Of a DNA stretch of 64,000 bases, positions 57,766 through 64,000 are shown in pieces. This DNA comes from an uncultured beta proteobacterium. GTDB lineage: Bacteria; Pseudomonadota; Gammaproteobacteria; Burkholderiales; Gallionellaceae. The stretch spans positions 14,458-78,457 of the forward strand of contig CAVRIW010000009.1 of the NCBI GenBank assembly GCA_963721375.1. The letters are read 5' to 3'. Numbering within the stretch: the first letter of the stretch is position 1; each line of letters begins with the position of its first letter. The translations under genes were made by a program, and so were the position numbers. The notes under the pieces were generated by a model that was given only the letters and a program-made list of their open reading frames with translations, ran no database searches and had not been told where the DNA came from.

Positions 57766-58453
57766 CAGCCAGTCTGTAACCCACTCCGACTTCTGTCAGA
57801 AGGAAACGTGGACGCGCCGGATCTTTCTCCAGCTTGTGGCGTAAGGCTCCCATATAGATGCGCAGGTAGTGGGCTCTCTCCACGTAGTTTGGTCCCCAGA
57901 CTTCCTTGAGCAGCAACTGGTGCGTCAGCACCTTGCCTGCATGCTTTACCAACACGGTCAGCAGGCGGTATTCAATCGGGGTGAGGTGAATTTCTGCACC
58001 GCTGACCGTGACCTTGCGATGCATCATGTCCACCTTCAGATCGTGCACTGAGAAAATTCCTTCTTCCTCCCCGCTTGCAGTAGAAGAAACATGACGCAAT
58101 GCTACGCGTATCCGTGCCAGCAACTCGCCTGCACCGAAAGGTTTGACCAGATAATCATCAGCACCAGCATCCAGGGCAGAAATCTTGTCGCTTTCCTGTG
58201 AGCGCGCGGACAAGATGATGATGGGTACGGTAGACCACGTGCGTATCCCTTTGACTACTTCCACACCATCCATATCGGGCAGGCCGAGATCAAGAATAAT
58301 CAGATCAGGTTTTCGCGTCGCGGCTTCGGTCAAACCCTGCTTGCCAGTTTCCGCCTCGACTATCTGATAGCCTTCCGAGGCCAGCGTAGTCCGCAGGAAG
58401 CGGCGTATCTGTGCTTCATCTTCTACGACTATGATGGTGGCGGAAATGTTCAT
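57758..58453 (-). CDS. kdpE: Response regulator KdpE
   Basis: [48 protein letters not shown]. Confidence 0.95.
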   Translation of the reverse strand: MNISATIIVVEDEAQIRRFLRTTLASEGYQIVEAETGKQGLTEAATRKPDLIILDLGLPDMDGVEVVKGIRTWSTVPIIILSARSQESDKISALDAGADDYLVKPFGAGELLARIRVALRHVSSTASGEEEGIFSVHDLKVDMMHRKVTVSGAEIHLTPIEYRLLTVLVKHAGKVLTHQLLLKEVWGPNYVERAHYLRIYMGALRHKLEKDPARPRFLLTEVGVGYRLAVI

Positions 58454-61199
58454 GCTTGAGTAGCTTCTTCATGCTCGATCAAAGGCGGCTCGGTCAAAGG
58501 CAATGCAAAGTGGAATGCAGCGCCGCCGGACGATAGATTATCCGCCCATATCCGGCCACCGTGCACCTCCACGATGGAGCGGCAGATAGTCAGTCCAATC
58601 CCCGCACCGCCCTGATTGCCCTCGCTGGCGACGCGGTGGAATTTTTCAAAGATTCGTTCTTCTTCACCAGCCGGAATTCCATGACCGTGATCGGAGACGG
58701 TCACCACCAATTCTTTCTGGTCAGTTGCGGCAGATATTTCGATAGCGGTTCCAGGCGGCGTGTATTTCACGGCATTTTCCAGCAGGTTCGCAAACACGCG
58801 CTCGATCATCATGCTATCTATTTCGACCAAAGGCAAATCGCGCGGCAGCTTAACGGTGACTGGATGATTGCCCATGCGCGTGCTCAAGCCTGCCAACGCT
58901 CCGCCGACCACTTCTTCCAGCGGCTGCCATTGCAGATTCAGCACAACAGCACCCGCCTCCAGCCGCGCCATGTCCAGCAGGTTGTTCGCCAATCCGGCCA
59001 TACGTGTAGCCTCTTCATAAATGGTCTGACCGAGTGCATGCCGCGCATCGTCATCAAGCTTGTCGCTGTCCTGTATCAGACTACTGGATGCACCTACAAT
59101 CGCCGCCAGCGGCGTGCGCAAATCATGCGAGATCGCCGACAACAATGTGTTGCGCAACTGCTCCGTTTCCATTTTTAACTGAGCGCTTTGCGCTTCAGCC
59201 GCCAGCCTGACCCGCTCCAGTGCCAGCGCAATCTGGCTGGTAAATGTTTCCAGCAGGCGCTGTTGCTCGGGCAGCGCGATCCGCGCCGGGTTGAGCGGCA
59301 ATAAGGCCATCACGCCTATCATTCCGGAAGAGGCTTTCAGCGGCAGGTAAACCACGTCGCCCCCCGGCAGGGTGTCCGTACCCTGTCCTGCCATCTGTCC
59401 GTGGTCATACACCCATTGCGCCACGCTCAGGTCACTGCCATGACAGGATTGCGCAGCCCCCTCGCCATTTGGATAAACGATGCGTCCCGTTTCATCAGGA
59501 AGCAATACCACTGCCTGCGCTTCAAACACTTCCGTCACATGCTTGACCGCAATGCGTACGATATTTTCCTCGCCGCGTGTCGCGGCCAGTTCGCGGCTCA
59601 TGGCATACAACGAGGCAGCTCGACGCTCGCGATGACCGGCAACCTTGGCCTGATGGTGGATGCTCGCCGTCATGCTGCTGATCACCAATGCGACCAGCAG
59701 CATGATGGCGAAAGTAATCAGGTATTGGCTATCAGAAACGGCAAAACTGAACTGCGGCGGCACGAAAAAGAAATCAAACAACACCACACTCAGGAACGAG
59801 CTGAGCGCCGACGGTCCCCGTCCATAGCGCGCGGCGACCACCACCACGCCCAACAGGTAAACCATGATCAGGTTGGCCAGGTCGAAATGGTCAAGCATGA
59901 GCCAGGCTATAGCGGTGCAGATTGCCGTCGCAGCAAACGCCCACAGGTAGCCTGCGCGCCACTTGAACGATGTAGGCGCTGCTCTTCGGATGCAAGCCCG
60001 AGATATAAGCGGCTGCGCGAAAAATAGGGATTCTCCCTCGTCTGCGACAGGAAATCGGATTCCTTTCCCACCACATGAATGTCTATATCGCTGGCTTGAC
60101 GGACGATGGTATCCACCAGCGAGCCGAACAACCAGCGCTTCCAGCCAGACAATGTCGGCTTGCCCAACACGATGCGTGTGGCATTGCGAGTGCGCGCATA
60201 AGCAATGACTTCCTCGGCCAACTTATGCCCGCTCAGCGTGACAGTCTCCGCGCCCAGTTCCTCCGCCAGTTTCAGCGTGCGCAAAATAGCATCACGCTGT
60301 TCTTTGGAGAGGCGCTGGAGCTTCGTCGTTTCGACGTACACCACGATCCATTCCGCCTTGAGTAATTGCGCCAGGCGGTACGATGCACGCACCAGGTTCT
60401 CCGCAGAGCCGCCCGGCCCGATGCAGACCAGCATCCGCTCTTTTACTTGCCACACGTTCTGGATCGCATGATCTTCGCGGTAGTCGCGCATTTGCGCATC
60501 GACACGGTCCGCCGTGCGCCGCAGCGCCAGTTCGCGCAGTGCGATCAGGTTGCCCTTGCGGAAAAAATTCTGCGCTGCGCGCTCCGCCTGCTGGGGCAGG
60601 TAGACCTTGCCTTCCTTCAGCCGCTGCAACAGTTCGTCCGGGGGGAGATCGATCAGCTCGATTTCATTGGCGCTCTCCAGCATCGCATCAGGCACGGTTT
60701 CCCATACCGGGATGCCGGTGATTTGCGAGATCACATCGTTGAGGCTTTCGATGTGCTGGACATTGATCGCGGTATAGACATCGATCCCCGCATCCAGCAA
60801 TTCATCCACATCCTGCCAGCGTTTTGGATGACGTGAACCCGGTGCATTGGTATGTGCCAATTCATCCACCAAAATCAGCGCCGGATGGCGCTTGAGCGCG
60901 GCATCCAGATCAAATTCGCGCAATTGCGTATCCCGGTATTCCACCAGGCGCGGCGGCAGGATTTCCAATCCTTCCAGCAACTGTTCCGTCTCGGCGCGCT
61001 TGTGCGTTTCCACATAGCCCGCCACCACGTCCAAACCTTCCGCGCGCCGCTCGCGCGCAGCCAGTAACATGCCGAAGGTTTTGCCGACACCGGCGGAAGC
61101 GCCGAAGAAAATCTTCAGGCGACCACGGCGGCGCATGGCTTCGGCGCGTTGCACCTTTTCCAGCAAGGCGTCGGGATCGGGGCGCTGGTTGTCGTTCAT
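58450..61199 (-). CDS. kdpD: Sensor histidine kinase KdpD (frameshift ~59975)
   Basis: RPDPDALL, GASAGVGKT, LVDELAHTN, USP domain, 4 TM, SHDLRTPL, NLLENA. Confidence 0.96.
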
Positions 61200-62854
61200 G
61201 ATTTTCCCTGCCTGCGCCGCCGCGTCTTGCCCAGCAAGGACAAGCGGGTGCGCAGGCTCTTCTGGTCGTCGGACAGGATGTCCATCACATCCGACAGTTG
61301 CTTGGACTTGAGTATCGCCAGCAACACGAGCAGGCCGGTGACCAGCGTGGTGACGAAGAAATAGGTCAGGCGTACGGACAGCGGAGAGTCGGCCTCAGCA
61401 ATCAGGTTCATGCCGAGGAAGCCGGTGACCACCGTGCCGACCAGACTGAACGTGGTCACCACGGTGAGTCGGACGATGGTGGTGGATTGCTGGCGCTGCG
61501 CGTTGCTGTCGAGATACTGGCTCATGTCCTGCAATTCGTCCTTCACCTCCTGGTACAGGGCCTCGTTGCCCAGATGTTCGCTGTTCATGCGGTAGAGCGC
61601 CTGCACATGGGACGCTCGGACAGTTCGTGAAACCAGTAGCGGTGGGTGAAGCGCAGGAAAGCCTCGAAACCGGCGTAAACCCGGCGCCGGAAACGGCTGA
61701 TGGATTGCGGCAGGCGGATGTCCAGGTCATGCACCGCATCCACCATGCGGTCGGAAAACACCAGCAACGACGCGCGGTGAAAGTGCGCGATCATGAACAG
61801 CAACACATACTGGTGGCGGAACTGGGCCAGGATGCCGCGCATACGGGTCGCGAAAATATTCCAGCATGCTCGCATCCCCGACCACGATGAAAGCGCGTCC
61901 GGTGCAGATGAAGCGGGTGTTGGGCCCATCCTCGGTCTCGGTCCAGAAGCGGTCGTAGCAGTAGACGCGACTCAAATTCGGCCACATCCGGGTCATGCGC
62001 GGGCAACGCCTCATCGGGATGCAGGGTGGCGACCAGGCCCAGACGCAGCCAGTCTTCCCGGCTGCAAGCTGCGCGGATCGTCCACGGCCAGGAAGGCCAT
62101 CAGCGGCATGCGATGGTATTCGATCTGGCGGTAGCGCAGCTCGCCGATCTCCTCGGACGGGTCCAGCACCAGCGGGCGCAACAGAAAATCCCAGTGCGCG
62201 GAGATGCCCGGCGAACGGTGCTTGCGGGTGTAGGAGAGAAATTTTTCCTGGTTGTCCGAATCGGACATGGCGAGTACCTCACCATCTGCTGACAACCACT
62301 CGGCGCGATGGGCATTGTGCTTGCCATGCCCGTCCCTATCCCAGCCCGTTGGATAGGCGCGTCCAAAGCGGTACAGCAGGTCACATACCACGGCAAATGG
62401 CAGGTCGCTGGCGGACAATTCTACCTTGAGGAAAGCGACGTTGATGTCGTCGAAGAACCAGAGTTCGATATGTTCCACAGCCAGCGTGACGGGAGCATCA
62501 TCTTCGCGCAACACCAGCCGCAAGGCGGACACTCCGCGCCGCCGGAATATCTTGATGGCCGATTCGCCTGGTGCATCATTCGCATCGTGTGAACGTGTGG
62601 CGGTGACTTTCGCCATAGATGAAGCGCTGGACATAGGGCAGGAAAGTGACGAATTCTTTGTAGTGCCTTTCCTCAAAGTCCAGCTCATCGGTCTTAAACC
62701 GTCTTTCAGCCTGCGCCACGGATTGTCTTCGCCGCCCTGTGTCCAGCAACTCCCAGTGGGGTTGTGCGTTCGCAAGCGACATCAGTTGCACCGGCCAGAA
62801 CAGTACTTCGCGGAAGTGGCGAACGATATGATTGGAGATGGAAGCAGTCATCAT
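61196..62854 (-). CDS. Large protein with C-terminal CorA-like two-TM domain (several frameshifts)
   Basis: RLTVVTT..GFLGMN followed by second TM; ATGA overlap with kdpD; N-terminal part reconstructed from several frames. Confidence 0.7.
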
Positions 62855-62863
62855 GGGGGAAGT

Positions 62864-63179
62864 TTATCGTAATTCGCCTTGCCTATTATCAATTACCTTG
62901 CCCTGAAGTGCGGCGTCAAATCGTGACTCTCCTGAAAGCCAGGCTGGCTGGATGGTTTCATTTTGTATTGCCCTTTCAGCAAGCTTGTCATCCTGCGCCA
63001 GATGCTGTTCCCCCGGCACGTTACCCGCCATCTCGGCCAATATTCTGGCCCGCACGAGCGCAGGGAATCGCACCTTGCAGCGCGGCGAACAAGTCAGCTG
63101 GCGACCGCTAGGCCAGACGATCCAGGATCGGATGAACTTCGTGCCTGCTTCCGCAGACCGGGCAGATGCGTAGCACCAT
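62864..63179 (-). CDS. Small Cys4 zinc-finger protein (needs removal of one base ~63108)
   Basis: MVLRICPVCGSRHEVHPILDRLA-YGRQLTCSPRCKVRF...; span of 316 nt = 3n+1. Confidence 0.6.
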
Positions 63180-63186
63180 AGAAGTA

Positions 63187-63486
63187 TCAGACTGCATGCT
63201 CGGCATAGCGAGCCAGATCAACGGCCTGAGTGGCAACGGCGGACGAAACGATGAACGTTTCCCGGAATGGCACATTGCCCAGCGCCAAAGCAATACTCAA
63301 CGCCGCCGCGCCTGCCACGGCCAGCCGGACAGGATTCCCGTGGCTTGCCAGGAACTGTCGGAGCGCCTCAATCCCCATTCCTGTCGCCGGGAATGTCATC
63401 GTTATCGCGGTCTTGCCGGATTCTCGGGTAGCGACTTCGAGCGTATCATTCTTCGAAATGATGCCGATGTATAAATTTGGATTCAT
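63187..63486 (-). CDS. 99-aa protein resembling a degenerate IS110 DEDD/RuvC-like N-terminal domain
   Basis: AAGGAAAG SD; YIGIISKNDTLEVA...FPATGMGIEALRQFL...AVDLARYA pattern. Confidence 0.6.
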   Translation of the reverse strand: MNPNLYIGIISKNDTLEVATRESGKTAITMTFPATGMGIEALRQFLASHGNPVRLAVAGAAALSIALALGNVPFRETFIVSSAVATQAVDLARYAEHAV

Positions 63487-63534
63487 GTGGTCTTTCCTTT
63501 CAAGGTGATAAGATGGCCGAAATGGCATTGCTCA

Positions 63535-64000
63535 TCAAGAACGGGACTCGAACAGCGACTTGACCTCAAGCGCATGGCGGCACGTGTGCAGATGTTCCCG
63601 GAACTGGCTGTCGGCAAATATCTGGGTAGCATCGGCCAGAATCCGGAGATGTTCTTCGGTGGCTTGTTTCGGCACCAGAAGAACCAGAACGTCGGATACC
63701 GGCCGCCCGTCGGGTGCGTCGTAAGGAATCGGTTTCTTGAGGCGCAGATAAGCAACCTGTATCCGTGTGAGATCTTCGACCCTGGCATGGGGAATGGCAA
63801 TTCCCTCTCCCAGCCCGGTCGAACCGACTTGTTCCCGGCGGGAAAGGCCGGCCGCCACCCACTGCTCGCGGCATGGCATGCTCTCTTTCCATATGCCGGC
63901 CGATTTCATCGAATAGCTGGTCTTTGCTGGCAACCTCGATGTCGAGCAGGATGTCTTCCGGCCAAAGGTATTGGGCGATGGTGCTCAATGGATACTCCAA
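63535..64000 (-). CDS. PTS EIIA (Ntr/fructose-type) domain protein, extra base ~63868; start may lie at or beyond window edge
   Basis: SKDQLFDEI, REQVGSTGLGEGIAIPHAR (phospho-His), DAPDGRPV, EHLRILA. Confidence 0.9.

Noticed and set aside
63187-63486. Active IS110 insertion sequence
   Set aside because: Too short, lacks catalytic acidic residues and the C-terminal domain, and has no room for element ends; kept only as a possible domesticated domain.

Overview
A ~60% GC betaproteobacterial chromosome segment; gene content and order suggest Gallionellaceae (Sideroxydans-like), which is an inference. It is mostly housekeeping: htpG, folE2, dxs-ispA-xseB, rpmB/G, hisDG, murA, mlaBCDEF, cysS, glnS, ppi-lpxH, thiL-nusB-rib-nrdR-glyA, pmbA, aat-ate-pyrD and kdpDE, plus a sigma54-activator-led MSHA/T2SS-like pilus cluster. 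Over 20 genes are broken by frameshifts. Those I resolved base by base are single extra bases, so I treat them as long-read errors, not pseudogenes. Highlights: (1) At least four families of short palindromic elements. Two sit exactly on start codons, duplicate the ATG (ATGAA at 27740/27866; CCATGA at nrdR) and add stop-free in-frame N-terminal extensions; one of these is a TIR-bounded MITE carrying a GTAG-REP doublet. (2) An apparent operon upstream of kdpDE: EIIA(Ntr)-like, a catalytically dead IS110/RuvC-like mini-protein, a hidden Cys4 Zn-finger protein and a CorA-motif protein. (3) A solitary integron cassette with an internally deleted attC. (4) A HEPN-MNT toxin-antitoxin pair between glnS and cysS. 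No tRNA, rRNA or CRISPR array was recognised.
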